IMG/VR virus record: IMGVR_UViG_3300029258_004290
Span: 1 to 64,000 of that record
Source: a virus
Length of the DNA: 64,000 bases
Direction: 5' to 3' (one strand)
In this document: in pieces, positions 51,027 to 60,254 of the stretch
How the letters are laid out: each line of letters opens with the position of its first letter
How positions within the stretch are numbered: the first letter of the stretch is position 1
The notes under the pieces: model-generated
Databases searched by the model: none
The model's input: the letters and a program-made list of their open reading frames with translations, nothing else
What the model was told of the DNA's origin: nothing
Translations under genes and position numbers: made by a program

Positions 51027-51470
51027 ATGGCAAAGGCGAAGAAGAAGAAGAAGGAGACCGACGGGGAGGAGGCGGAGGAGCTCGACCAGGCGGCAGCCGA
51101 GGCGGCCCTCGACGGCATCGTCGAGAGCGAGCCCGAGCCCGAGCCCGAGCCCGAGGACGAGGACGAGCCCGACGAGGAAGAGGAAGAGGAAGACGAGGAC
51201 GAGGTGGACGAGCCCAAGCCCAGGAAGAGGGACAGAATGGACTTCGTGTCCCAGGCGGAGGCGACCAAGGAGCGGAGGGAAGCGCCGGTGACGGTGAAGA
51301 GCCCCGAGCTCCGCGAGTCGAAGCTCTGGCTCAACAAGCCGGGGTGCGAGGGCCAAATCACGTTCGACGAGTTCGGCGAGGCCACGGTCCCGCAGTACAT
51401 CGCCGACGAGCTGATGCGCATCCACCCGCACGTCACGATCGCCGAGAAGAAGAAGAGAAGCCGGCGCTAG
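51027..51470 (+). CDS. acidic hypothetical protein
   Basis: EP repeats and Glu tract; follows MCP. Confidence 0.6.
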   Translation: MAKAKKKKKETDGEEAEELDQAAAEAALDGIVESEPEPEPEPEDEDEPDEEEEEEDEDEVDEPKPRKRDRMDFVSQAEATKERREAPVTVKSPELRESKLWLNKPGCEGQITFDEFGEATVPQYIADELMRIHPHVTIAEKKKRSRR

Positions 51471-51621
51471 CGCCGGAGGGGGCCTGCGCCCCCGCCATCC
51501 CCCGCCCGCCAGACCTCCTCTAGCTGGACCGGGCCCAGGGACGCAGACACGCCCCCAAACCGATCGCGGCGGGGGATAGCGGGAACGCAGGACAGCCCAC
51601 CCACCACACAGGAGGGACCAC

Positions 51622-53340
51622 ATGCCCAACAAGGACTTCACCCGCGCACAGATCGGCGCCGACGAGGTGCTGGCCTACATCGCGGTCGACACGGACGACG
51701 ACGGGAAGCCGGACGCGATAGGCGTCTGCAACGCCGACGGGTCGTCCGTCGGCACCGCGGCGACCGTCCTCGACGACATGGAGGACGCGGCGCCCTGGTC
51801 CGCCATCTCCGGCCTGGCGGCGGACAACCTGGCCGAGTCCACAACCCACAAGATCGGCTCCAAGTCGCTCGAGTTCGACAAGGCCGCCGGCCACGTGGAC
51901 GCCGGCGTCGAGCGGACCTTCAACGTGCCGTTCGACCTCGGGACCGCGGAGGCGACCAGGAAGAGCATCCAGTTCGCGGTCAACCTCTCCAGCCTGACCG
52001 ACGTCGTCTCGGCGTGGGTCCGGCTCGGGACCGACGGCAGCAACTACGCCGAGTTCCGGGTCCCGGTCGCGGACCTGGCCAGCGGGTGGAACAGGTGCAC
52101 CAGGCACCTGCTCGACAACGGCTGGACTCAGGCCGGGACCGGGCTCAACACGGCCGCGCTCACCTACCTGGCCGTCGGCGTGGAGTTCTCCGCCGCCGGC
52201 GACACGCTCGCCGACATCCTCTTCGACAACGTCCTGTTCCTCGAGCACGTCGAAGTGGAGAGCAAGGTGCTCCTATCGACGTCCGTCACCGTAGGCGTCG
52301 TCGACGCGAACATGCGGGACGGCGGCGGGACGGCGCTCACCTCGACGACCGTTGGGGCTGACCGCGCCCTGGACGTCAACGTGGTCCAGGCCGTCGGCGG
52401 CGCCGGGCTCGCGACTGAGGCGACCCTCGCGTCGATGGCGGCGGCCGTGGCGACGGCGGCGAACCAGGCCACCGGGAACGCGAGCCTGGCGACGGTTGCC
52501 GGGGACACGACGTCGATGGATGGGAAGATGCCGGCGGACCCGGCGCGCGAGGGTGGGAACCTCGCGACCGCGGTCACGCATCTCTCTACCGTCGCGGGGG
52601 ACACGACGAGCATCGACGCGAAGGTGTCGACCGCCGCGAACCAAGCGACCGCGAACGGGCTGCTCGCGACGATCGACTCCGACACGAGCGATCTCGCGAG
52701 CACGGTCGGGACTTACGCGGGAGGGTTCGCCAACAAGCTGCTGGTCGTCGGCGGGCACGACAGCGGTACGCTTCGCGCTCTGGAGCTGGACAGCAACCGG
52801 TACCTCCACGTGACGGTGAAGGACGCGCCGTATTTCAATGCGTGGGAGGGCGCTGCGAGGCCGGCGTTCGCCGTCCACGACAACGCGCTCGGTGCGTCCA
52901 CGGGGCTCCACGTCCTCGGGTCGCGGTACGAGAGCAGCCTGTCGAAGGTGTCCACCGACGGGGACTGGACGCGACAGAAGGCGACGATCGAGGGCATCCC
53001 GCTCACGCGGCCGGAGCACCCGACGTCGACGACGCATGGCGAGACATTCGCGGCGGCGCAGACGGACTACAGCCCGGCCAACGGGAAGTGGGACGCCCCC
53101 GGGGCGGGGAAGCGGCTGGTGATCGTTGGTTACGATTTCTCGGCAGCGGCGGCGCAGGGGTTCTCGCTGCAGGACGAAGACGACAACGAGCTGATCGGAA
53201 AGGTCTGGCTGCCCGCGACCGGCAACAAGGGGAAGGAGAAGTGCTACATCCCCTTGCCGACGAACAAGGCGCTGGAGCTGACGACGGACAACGCGGTTAA
53301 CCATTCGGCGACAGTGAGCGTAATCACGGAGCAGGTGTAG
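51622..53340 (+). CDS. putative collar/whisker or head fibre protein
   Basis: N-terminal jelly-roll/CBM-like domain (LASGWN...ILFDNV); repeated TAANQATxNxxLATxxxDT shaft. Confidence 0.55.
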   Translation: MPNKDFTRAQIGADEVLAYIAVDTDDDGKPDAIGVCNADGSSVGTAATVLDDMEDAAPWSAISGLAADNLAESTTHKIGSKSLEFDKAAGHVDAGVERTFNVPFDLGTAEATRKSIQFAVNLSSLTDVVSAWVRLGTDGSNYAEFRVPVADLASGWNRCTRHLLDNGWTQAGTGLNTAALTYLAVGVEFSAAGDTLADILFDNVLFLEHVEVESKVLLSTSVTVGVVDANMRDGGGTALTSTTVGADRALDVNVVQAVGGAGLATEATLASMAAAVATAANQATGNASLATVAGDTTSMDGKMPADPAREGGNLATAVTHLSTVAGDTTSIDAKVSTAANQATANGLLATIDSDTSDLASTVGTYAGGFANKLLVVGGHDSGTLRALELDSNRYLHVTVKDAPYFNAWEGAARPAFAVHDNALGASTGLHVLGSRYESSLSKVSTDGDWTRQKATIEGIPLTRPEHPTSTTHGETFAAAQTDYSPANGKWDAPGAGKRLVIVGYDFSAAAAQGFSLQDEDDNELIGKVWLPATGNKGKEKCYIPLPTNKALELTTDNAVNHSATVSVITEQV

Positions 53341-53882
53341 TGAAGGCGCTCGTCGTCTACGAGACGGCAACGGGGATCGTCAAGAAGATCGCGTGGGACC
53401 GGGAGGACCCGGGGACTGCGGCGCTGCCGGCTGGATGCGATTGGGTCGTCATCGGCGAGTTCGCCACGCGGAAGGACGTCAAGAACCGCTACCTGAACAC
53501 GGCGGTCGTGGTCCCGCACACGATCATGGACAAGGACACGCCGGACCTCGTGAAGAAGTGCCGTTACCTGACGATCGAGGCACCGGCGAGTTGTACGGTT
53601 GGGGAGCCCGTGAGCGTGACGGTGAAGGCGTGGAACGCTGATGGTTCTCCTTGCACAGCGAGCGGAACGTATCGCCGGAGGGTGTGGTACGCGAAGACCA
53701 TGTGGATCGAAACGCTGGAACGTCCGATCAGCGGAGGCGAAGACACGTGGGGCGGAACAGTCCCAGACAGGCCAACCGTTGAGGGAGAGCCGCACGCGGG
53801 AGGGATCGTGGTTGAGGTCAAGCCGAATTTCGATCTCGCGTACGGTGCGCGGTGCCATATCGACGTGGAGGACCCGGCATGA
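53340..53882 (+). CDS. putative fibre-associated protein
   Basis: Coupled to fibre genes; Ig-like C-terminal half. Confidence 0.5.
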   Translation: MKALVVYETATGIVKKIAWDREDPGTAALPAGCDWVVIGEFATRKDVKNRYLNTAVVVPHTIMDKDTPDLVKKCRYLTIEAPASCTVGEPVSVTVKAWNADGSPCTASGTYRRRVWYAKTMWIETLERPISGGEDTWGGTVPDRPTVEGEPHAGGIVVEVKPNFDLAYGARCHIDVEDPA

Positions 53883-55051
53883 CGACGCTGACGGTTGGAT
53901 CGACCGGTGACTACTCTACGTTCGGGGACCTGCTGACCTACCTGCGCGGGATAGATCCGCTTGGCGACGACTACACGATCCTCGTGCAAGACGAGACGTT
54001 CAACGAGCTGGTCTACTGGGACGTGGACAACGGTGGCAACACGGTGACGATCGAGCCAGTGCCGGGGGCGACGCCGATCATCGACGGAGAGAGTACTCGC
54101 GACCACGCGATCGACATCGAAGGTGGCGGTGGGCTCATCATCAAAAGCATCCAGATGGAGGACACGCTCGGGGGCGCGGTCTGCGTCCACAGCGACGTCA
54201 CGCAGGCTGTTCAGGTGCTCGGCTGCTCCTTCTACCGATGCCTCCGCGGCGTGAACGACGGGAACAACGACATGGACCTGCTGGTGCAGGGCTGCTACTT
54301 CGAGGACATGGACGAAGACGCGGTCGACTGCTATTCGTACAACGGGTTGAAGATCATCCGCGGGTGCCATGCACATTGGACGAGCAGCGGGCCCACAGCA
54401 GATTTCGGCTTCGAGTTTGACGGGACCGGGGACGCGAACTGCATCATTGAGGGATGCAGGATAGACACGGACGACGTTACAAAGGGGCCGGCGCACGCCA
54501 TCTTCGGTGCGAATTACACCGTGGACAGATGCAAGGTCTTCAACCCGCGAGGGTCGTTCTTCCGGCCGGGGTGGGGGAGCACGTTCGTTCTGCGCCGATC
54601 GCTCGCGTCTGCAAGCGCAGGATCGTGCTACCACGGGGTCTACTCAACCGGAGGGACAACGTGGACGATCTTGAACTGCCTCATCCGTGGGGCAGGCCGG
54701 AGCTACACGGGGGTCCGCGTCACGGGCGGATCGACGGTGACGATCAAGAACACCGGGTTCCTAGACCTGTCGAGCGACAGCGCAGTGGACACGGATGCTG
54801 GAACGACGGTCGACAACAGCTACAACGGCTACTACAACTGCGCGACGAAGGTTGGTGGCGGCGGAAGCTGGAACAACCCGGAGACAGGCGAAGTCACGAC
54901 GGACCCGACGGAGTATGGAGACGATGGCGACCTGATCCCAGAGGGCTCTCCGTGGGAGGGGGCCGGGACCGATGTTGGACTTCCGTACCCGGGAACGGCA
55001 GCGGACATCGGGTGCGAAGAGCTGATGCCGGCGAACCTCATGGAGTCATGA
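53879..55051 (+). CDS. right-handed beta-helix (pectin lyase-like) virion protein
   Basis: TVGSTGDYST; IIDGE; repeated IxGCxF rungs; C-terminal SPWEGAG...DIGC. Confidence 0.65.
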   Translation: MTTLTVGSTGDYSTFGDLLTYLRGIDPLGDDYTILVQDETFNELVYWDVDNGGNTVTIEPVPGATPIIDGESTRDHAIDIEGGGGLIIKSIQMEDTLGGAVCVHSDVTQAVQVLGCSFYRCLRGVNDGNNDMDLLVQGCYFEDMDEDAVDCYSYNGLKIIRGCHAHWTSSGPTADFGFEFDGTGDANCIIEGCRIDTDDVTKGPAHAIFGANYTVDRCKVFNPRGSFFRPGWGSTFVLRRSLASASAGSCYHGVYSTGGTTWTILNCLIRGAGRSYTGVRVTGGSTVTIKNTGFLDLSSDSAVDTDAGTTVDNSYNGYYNCATKVGGGGSWNNPETGEVTTDPTEYGDDGDLIPEGSPWEGAGTDVGLPYPGTAADIGCEELMPANLMES

Positions 55052-55052
55052 C

Positions 55053-56006
55053 ATGAAGAGGATATTGCAGGTCGACGGAGGAGGGATCATGGGGATCATC
55101 CCCGCGGTCTTCCTCGCAGGGCTTGAGGCCCGGCTCCGCGAGAGGGGGATCACGACACCACTGTACGATCTGTTCGATCTCATGTCCGGAAGCAGCACGG
55201 GCGCCGTCCTCACGGCAGCGTTGGCGAGCGGGCTCACGGCCGAGCAGGCATCGAAGATCTACACGGAGGAGGGCGTGGCACTCTTCGCCGACGCGGTCCA
55301 CCGCAACTGGCGTTTCCGGCGACCGTGGAGGGGGAAGTACCGCCGGGAGGATTTCGTCGAGGAGTTCCGCCGGCATCTGAGCAAGGGGACGCTTGCCGAC
55401 CTTCACTGTCGCATCATGATAACCGCGGTCTCGATCGTGGACTTCCGAACGCACTACCTCAAGAGCGACGACACACGGAGACCGAGCCGGGGGGGACCGG
55501 CGGACGCGGAAATCCGAGTGATCGACGCCGTTGCCAGAAGCGGACTGAGCGCACCGTACTACTTCAACCCGGTTGACGATCCCGCCGGCAAGCAGGTCTG
55601 GATCGACGGCGGGAGCTTCACGGAGAACTGCTCCGCGGAGGAGTGCGTCATCGAGGCGATCGACCGCGGCTGGCACAACAAGGCGGAGGTCCGGGTCTTG
55701 TCCCTGGGGACGGGGCACTACGACCCGTCGCGGACTTTCGAGAAGGCCGTCAAGGTCGAGTCCTGGGGGACGGTCACCGACTACGTCAACCGGGCGCGGC
55801 AGCTGTGCGTGCCCCGGCAGTTCGAGCGCATGAAGAAGGGGTTGCTCAAGCTGGCCCCCCAGATCAGGGTCATGCGCGTGGACATGCCGGTGCCGAAGGA
55901 GGTCAACGTCCTGGACGGCGCGGAGCACGCCGAGAAGTACAAGAGCTTCGGCCTGCAGCTGGGCGAGGGCCTGGCCGAGAAGGCCGCCGAGTTCCTGGAG
56001 GTGTAG
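55053..56006 (+). CDS. patatin-like phospholipase
   Basis: DGGGIMG oxyanion loop, GSSTG nucleophile, SAPYYF, IDGG, VLSLGTG. Confidence 0.9.
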   Translation: MKRILQVDGGGIMGIIPAVFLAGLEARLRERGITTPLYDLFDLMSGSSTGAVLTAALASGLTAEQASKIYTEEGVALFADAVHRNWRFRRPWRGKYRREDFVEEFRRHLSKGTLADLHCRIMITAVSIVDFRTHYLKSDDTRRPSRGGPADAEIRVIDAVARSGLSAPYYFNPVDDPAGKQVWIDGGSFTENCSAEECVIEAIDRGWHNKAEVRVLSLGTGHYDPSRTFEKAVKVESWGTVTDYVNRARQLCVPRQFERMKKGLLKLAPQIRVMRVDMPVPKEVNVLDGAEHAEKYKSFGLQLGEGLAEKAAEFLEV

Positions 56007-56007
56007 G

Positions 56008-56874
56008 ATGCCCAAGACCGGTCACACGTTCGGCAACTACACGCCGCCCGCGGGGGAGTGGGGCGACGGCCTGACGCCGGACGACATCCGCTACACCTTC
56101 CTCTACGGGGTCGACCTGGTCGCGAACAACGGCCAGGAGGTCGAGGACGAGCAGCTCCGCTACATGTCCAGGGTCGCCGTCGCGTTCGTGGAGAGGTCGC
56201 TCGGCCTCACGATCCGGAAGAGGATCTTCAAGACCAGGCCGGCTGCTTCGCTCGTCAGGGCGAAGGAGGTCGGCCCCGGCGTCGACTACACGGACGAGGA
56301 GGACACGTACGCCTACGACTCCGACACGTGGGCGAACGGGTACGCGTTCCTCCAGCTGCGGCACAGGCCGGTCATCTCGGTCGAGAGCGCGGTCCTGAAG
56401 TCCCCGGTCGACACGGACGTCATCCTGCTGTCGGCCGACAACTGGACCCGCCTGCAGAAGCAGGCCGGCCAGTGCTACTTCTACCCGAGGTCCGGGGTCG
56501 GGACGCTCACGCACGGGCCGTTCCTCGGGGCGTACGGCACGGTCGTCTCGCGCTTCCGCGGCTACTACCCCGACGGCTACTTCATCGACTACACCGCGGG
56601 CTACGAGACGGCGAACGACATGCCGGAGGACCTGCGGGAGGCGGTGTCGAAGATCGCCACCGTCGGGACGCTGCAGTGGGTCGGGGACGGCCTGCTCGCC
56701 GGCTTCTCGAGCTCGTCCATCAGCATGGACGGCCTGAGCGAGAGTTTCAGCTCGACGCAGTCCGCGACGAGCGCCTACTTCGGCGCGCGCATCCTCTCGC
56801 TCCAGAAGGAGTGGAAGGAGCTGCTCAAGGAGCTGAAGCGCAAGTACCAAAACCTTCCCATCGAGTTCTGCTAG
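56008..56874 (+). CDS. head-tail adaptor / neck protein
   Basis: FLQLRHRPVISVE, IDYTAGY, SISMDGLSESFSSTQSATSAYFGARI (SPO1-like neck protein). Confidence 0.75.
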   Translation: MPKTGHTFGNYTPPAGEWGDGLTPDDIRYTFLYGVDLVANNGQEVEDEQLRYMSRVAVAFVERSLGLTIRKRIFKTRPAASLVRAKEVGPGVDYTDEEDTYAYDSDTWANGYAFLQLRHRPVISVESAVLKSPVDTDVILLSADNWTRLQKQAGQCYFYPRSGVGTLTHGPFLGAYGTVVSRFRGYYPDGYFIDYTAGYETANDMPEDLREAVSKIATVGTLQWVGDGLLAGFSSSSISMDGLSESFSSTQSATSAYFGARILSLQKEWKELLKELKRKYQNLPIEFC

Positions 56875-56891
56875 GCAAAGGAGAGAGACGC

Positions 56892-57269
56892 ATGATCTTC
56901 AACAACAGGCTGGTGCTCCGGAAGGCGAAGTCCGGCGACCTTAAGCCCGTGCCCGCGAAGGAGGGCGCGATCACCAGGGAGAACGTCGAGGCGAAGATCC
57001 AGGCGGTCGACCTGATCGTGAAGAACCTCTGCGAGAAGATGGGGCTGTTCCAGATGGAGAACACCTGGACGGACAAGAAGGGCCTCGTCGGACAGTGGGC
57101 GACGGTGCGGCGCGAGCTGGCCGACAAGGCGAGCGCGTGCCTCCGCCGGGAGGCGGACGCCTCCAGGGCGAAGGCCGCGAAGAGGCTCGTCGAGGAGGCG
57201 GGGCTCGATCCGGCCCCGGCGTACGGCGACTCCACGGTCCGCCTCGCGAAGTCCAGGTTCGAGGCCTGA
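56892..57269 (+). CDS. hypothetical virion protein
   Basis: AAGGAG SD; VLRKA and RLAKS sites at both ends. Confidence 0.6.
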   Translation: MIFNNRLVLRKAKSGDLKPVPAKEGAITRENVEAKIQAVDLIVKNLCEKMGLFQMENTWTDKKGLVGQWATVRRELADKASACLRREADASRAKAAKRLVEEAGLDPAPAYGDSTVRLAKSRFEA

Positions 57270-57278
57270 CCGGGGAAC

Positions 57279-58430
57279 ATGCCCTCCGCGCGCTCCGGCA
57301 TCGACGTCTTCCTGACGCAGGAGTCCTACGACAGGCAGATCACCAAGCACGGTCAGTGGGTCCGGTGGCTCCGCTCTCAGCCGTGCTTCTGCATCCTGAA
57401 CACCGGGCAGCCGGACCCGGGGTGCGACAAGTGCGTCGGCCGCGGGAGGCTCTTCTCCCACCAGGAGAGGGCCGCGGTGAAGTCGGAGAACAGCGCGCAC
57501 GACCTGTCGGAGGTCCTGCCGACGAACACGCCGGTCACCTCCGTCCAGGCGGTGAGGCGCGGCGTCAACGGGACCGACGAGTACGCCGTGACGGGCTTCA
57601 CCGACACGAAGGTCACGATCGCGGCGACCGCCGCCCTGCCGGAGCTCCCGCGGCCGCACCAGACCCTGGAGGTCGACTACACCTACTCCATGGTCCAGGA
57701 GCTGACCCAGGCCCCGACGTACCGGGGGAACGGCGTCTTCGACGTGGTCCTGCCGCCGGTGCGGACCAGGAACCAGGAGCCGGTCACCGGCGAGGTGGTC
57801 TCGGTCTCGAACCTGGAGAACACGACGAAGGGCGTGACGTACGCTGTCTCGGCGACGGCGCGGAGCGAGATCCACGCGGAGTTCGTCGACCCCGGCGACG
57901 AGCCGGCCGCCGGCGACGCGCTCACGGCGACCTTCAAGTACGCGAACCCTGTCCTGGCGCTCCTGCTGGGGGTCCAGGAGAGGCTTCGCTCGGAGGACCC
58001 CTCGCTCGCCATCGGCGGCGAGGCGGTCATCACGGTCCCCTACAACCTGGCGATCGGGTCGGGCGACCTCATCACGCAGCTGGCAGGCTTCCAGCGCGGC
58101 ACCGCCGTCCAGGAGCCGACGCACGGGTCGGACGTCGACGAGATCGCGTCCGCGTTCGAGGTGCACTCGGTCCTGCGGGTCGTGGACGCGGTACGCGACT
58201 ACGAGGAGGGGACGGACTTCGTCCTCTGGGGGCGCAACGGGATCAAGTGGGTCCAGGGCGGGAGCAGGCCCGGGGGATACTACTCGATCATGTACAACTA
58301 CCACCCCACGTTCTCCGCGCTCCCCGGCCGGCCGATGGTGCGGGCGGGCGAGAACCTCCGGCTGCCGCGGCGCGTCGGGCTCACCGTCTTCGACAAGGTG
58401 AGCGCGCGCTTCGACGCGGAGGTGAGGTAG
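57279..58430 (+). CDS. head closure / neck protein
   Basis: PCFC...PDPGCDKCVGRG; C-terminal YSIMYNYHP...LPRRV. Confidence 0.65.
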   Translation: MPSARSGIDVFLTQESYDRQITKHGQWVRWLRSQPCFCILNTGQPDPGCDKCVGRGRLFSHQERAAVKSENSAHDLSEVLPTNTPVTSVQAVRRGVNGTDEYAVTGFTDTKVTIAATAALPELPRPHQTLEVDYTYSMVQELTQAPTYRGNGVFDVVLPPVRTRNQEPVTGEVVSVSNLENTTKGVTYAVSATARSEIHAEFVDPGDEPAAGDALTATFKYANPVLALLLGVQERLRSEDPSLAIGGEAVITVPYNLAIGSGDLITQLAGFQRGTAVQEPTHGSDVDEIASAFEVHSVLRVVDAVRDYEEGTDFVLWGRNGIKWVQGGSRPGGYYSIMYNYHPTFSALPGRPMVRAGENLRLPRRVGLTVFDKVSARFDAEVR

Positions 58431-59218
58431 TGGCCGAGATCTTCGACCTGCGCCGGCTCGAGGCGAGCATCGCCCCGCTCCTGGCCGCGGGGGAGGCGCT
58501 GACCAGGCACGAACTGCCGGCGACCAGGCACGCGCTCAAGCGCGCGGCTGCGTACGTCGAGCGGACCTGGATCGACTTCGCCAGCGGGCATCCGATCCCC
58601 GGCACGGACCGGACGGTCAACAGCACGGAGTACCGCAACGGCATCACCAAGACCCAGGTCGGGCGGTTCGCGTGGATCATCCACAACACGGCCGGCGCCG
58701 TCGCCGACAGGGTCGAGGACGGAACGCCGAAGCGGGACCTCAAGGAGGAGGTCGCCACCTGGCGCCGCCGCCGTGAGACGAACGACGGCCTCGCCTCCTA
58801 CGCGCACATCCCGTTCCGGCACAAGGTCGCCGCCATAAAGAAGGCGGCCGCGAAGTCGCCGGGCCTGGCGCGCCGGATCACCCGCATGAAGAAGAGCCGG
58901 GTGGTCGGCCGCTACAAGGACAAGCGCGGGATCATGCGCAACGCCTACCGGTGGGGGGCCAGGGTCAAGAGCGACCCGGAGCTCGACGTGCCGGCGCGGC
59001 TCGTCGGGATGGTGCGGTTCGAGGCGTCGGCGGGCAAGGCCGGCAGCTCGGTCTACATGACGTTCCGCACGGTGTCGACGCGGAGCCCGGCGGGCACCTG
59101 GATCATAAAGAAGAAGGACGGGGTCCCGATGGTGCAGAAGGTCCGGGAGGCGACCGAGCAGAGAGTCACGCAGATGGTGGCCGAGGGCCTCGACACTGAC
59201 CTGGGGATGCTGGGATGA
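58430..59218 (+). CDS. tail completion / neck protein
   Basis: VEDG...DLK, IPFRH, YMTFRTVS...WI; position before sheath. Confidence 0.6.
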   Translation: MAEIFDLRRLEASIAPLLAAGEALTRHELPATRHALKRAAAYVERTWIDFASGHPIPGTDRTVNSTEYRNGITKTQVGRFAWIIHNTAGAVADRVEDGTPKRDLKEEVATWRRRRETNDGLASYAHIPFRHKVAAIKKAAAKSPGLARRITRMKKSRVVGRYKDKRGIMRNAYRWGARVKSDPELDVPARLVGMVRFEASAGKAGSSVYMTFRTVSTRSPAGTWIIKKKDGVPMVQKVREATEQRVTQMVAEGLDTDLGMLG

Positions 59219-59946
59219 TCTTCAAGTTCGCGGCGCGGGAGAACATCAAGTCCGACACGATCGACGCGCTCAAGGCCTACCTGCACGACGCCGACGGCAT
59301 CGGGTGGAAGGAGCTCTTCCCCCACCACAGCCCGGTCCGCGTCGAGGCGACGCACCCCTTCGCCAGGATCAACGCGGCGAAGATCGCGGGCCAGGCGGAG
59401 CCGGCCGGGCTGTTCCCCTCGGTGACCGTGAGCGTGACCAGCGAGACGGACGCGGAGCAGCTGCTGGCGTTCTCGAACCAGGTCGCGACGGTGACTGAGG
59501 CGATCATACAGGGCTGGATCGGCCTGGAGGCGCACCAGCGGCTCCTGTCGAAGGCGCGGCTGCAGCAGCTCCTTGCAGCGGCGCAGGGCAAGGGGGGCCA
59601 GGTCTTCGCGGAGGTGAAGACCCGGCACTTCACGCAGCAGGTCGCGTTCTCCGTTTGGTCGGAGAACGACGCGGTCTCCGACTCGCTCTACTACGCGACC
59701 AAGGCGTTCATCGAGCAGAACCTGGAGACGTTCTCCGACGCCGGCATGGAGAACCTGGCCCTGAGCGGGTCGCCGAACGGCATCTACAGCGTCGACACCG
59801 GGCGCGTCCTCTACGGGGGCGAGCTCATGCTGTCCGGCACGAACCGGACGGAGGCTTACTACATAGACACGGAGTGGACCCAGTCGACGGTCATCAAGCA
59901 CTCCGCGGCGAACAACGACATCCAGAACGTTGACTGGAACCCCTGA
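59215..59946 (+). CDS. tail terminator-like protein
   Basis: FPSVTV; position; ATGA coupling. Confidence 0.5.
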   Translation: MIFKFAARENIKSDTIDALKAYLHDADGIGWKELFPHHSPVRVEATHPFARINAAKIAGQAEPAGLFPSVTVSVTSETDAEQLLAFSNQVATVTEAIIQGWIGLEAHQRLLSKARLQQLLAAAQGKGGQVFAEVKTRHFTQQVAFSVWSENDAVSDSLYYATKAFIEQNLETFSDAGMENLALSGSPNGIYSVDTGRVLYGGELMLSGTNRTEAYYIDTEWTQSTVIKHSAANNDIQNVDWNP

Positions 59947-59960
59947 CGGAGGAGGGCGCA

Positions 59961-60239
59961 ATGAGCGGAAAGATCCTAGGGAAGAAGCGTAAGGCGGAAG
60001 AGGCCGAGCCGGCCGCGGCCGCCGACGAGAAGGAGCCCGTCGAAAAGGAGGCGAAGCCGGCGGAGCCGGACGCGCCGCCCGAGGGGCCGGTGAAGCTCGA
60101 CGTCTACCTGGCGTACACGCCGATGGACAAGTACCTGAAGGCGCTGCTGCGGCAGGCGCACGGGACCGAGCTGCACGACATGCGCGAGTGGTCCGAGCTG
60201 GCCAAGGCGGCCACGGCGCAGGAACACAGAAGCGACTAA
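59961..60239 (+). CDS. hypothetical protein
   Basis: GGAGGAGG SD; small gene before sheath. Confidence 0.6.
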   Translation: MSGKILGKKRKAEEAEPAAAADEKEPVEKEAKPAEPDAPPEGPVKLDVYLAYTPMDKYLKALLRQAHGTELHDMREWSELAKAATAQEHRSD

Positions 60240-60254
60240 GGAGGAAACCAGGCC

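Noticed and set aside
55053-56006. Patatin as part of a CBASS defence operon
   Set aside because: No CD-NTase, Cap2 or Cap3 nearby; the neighbours are virion genes
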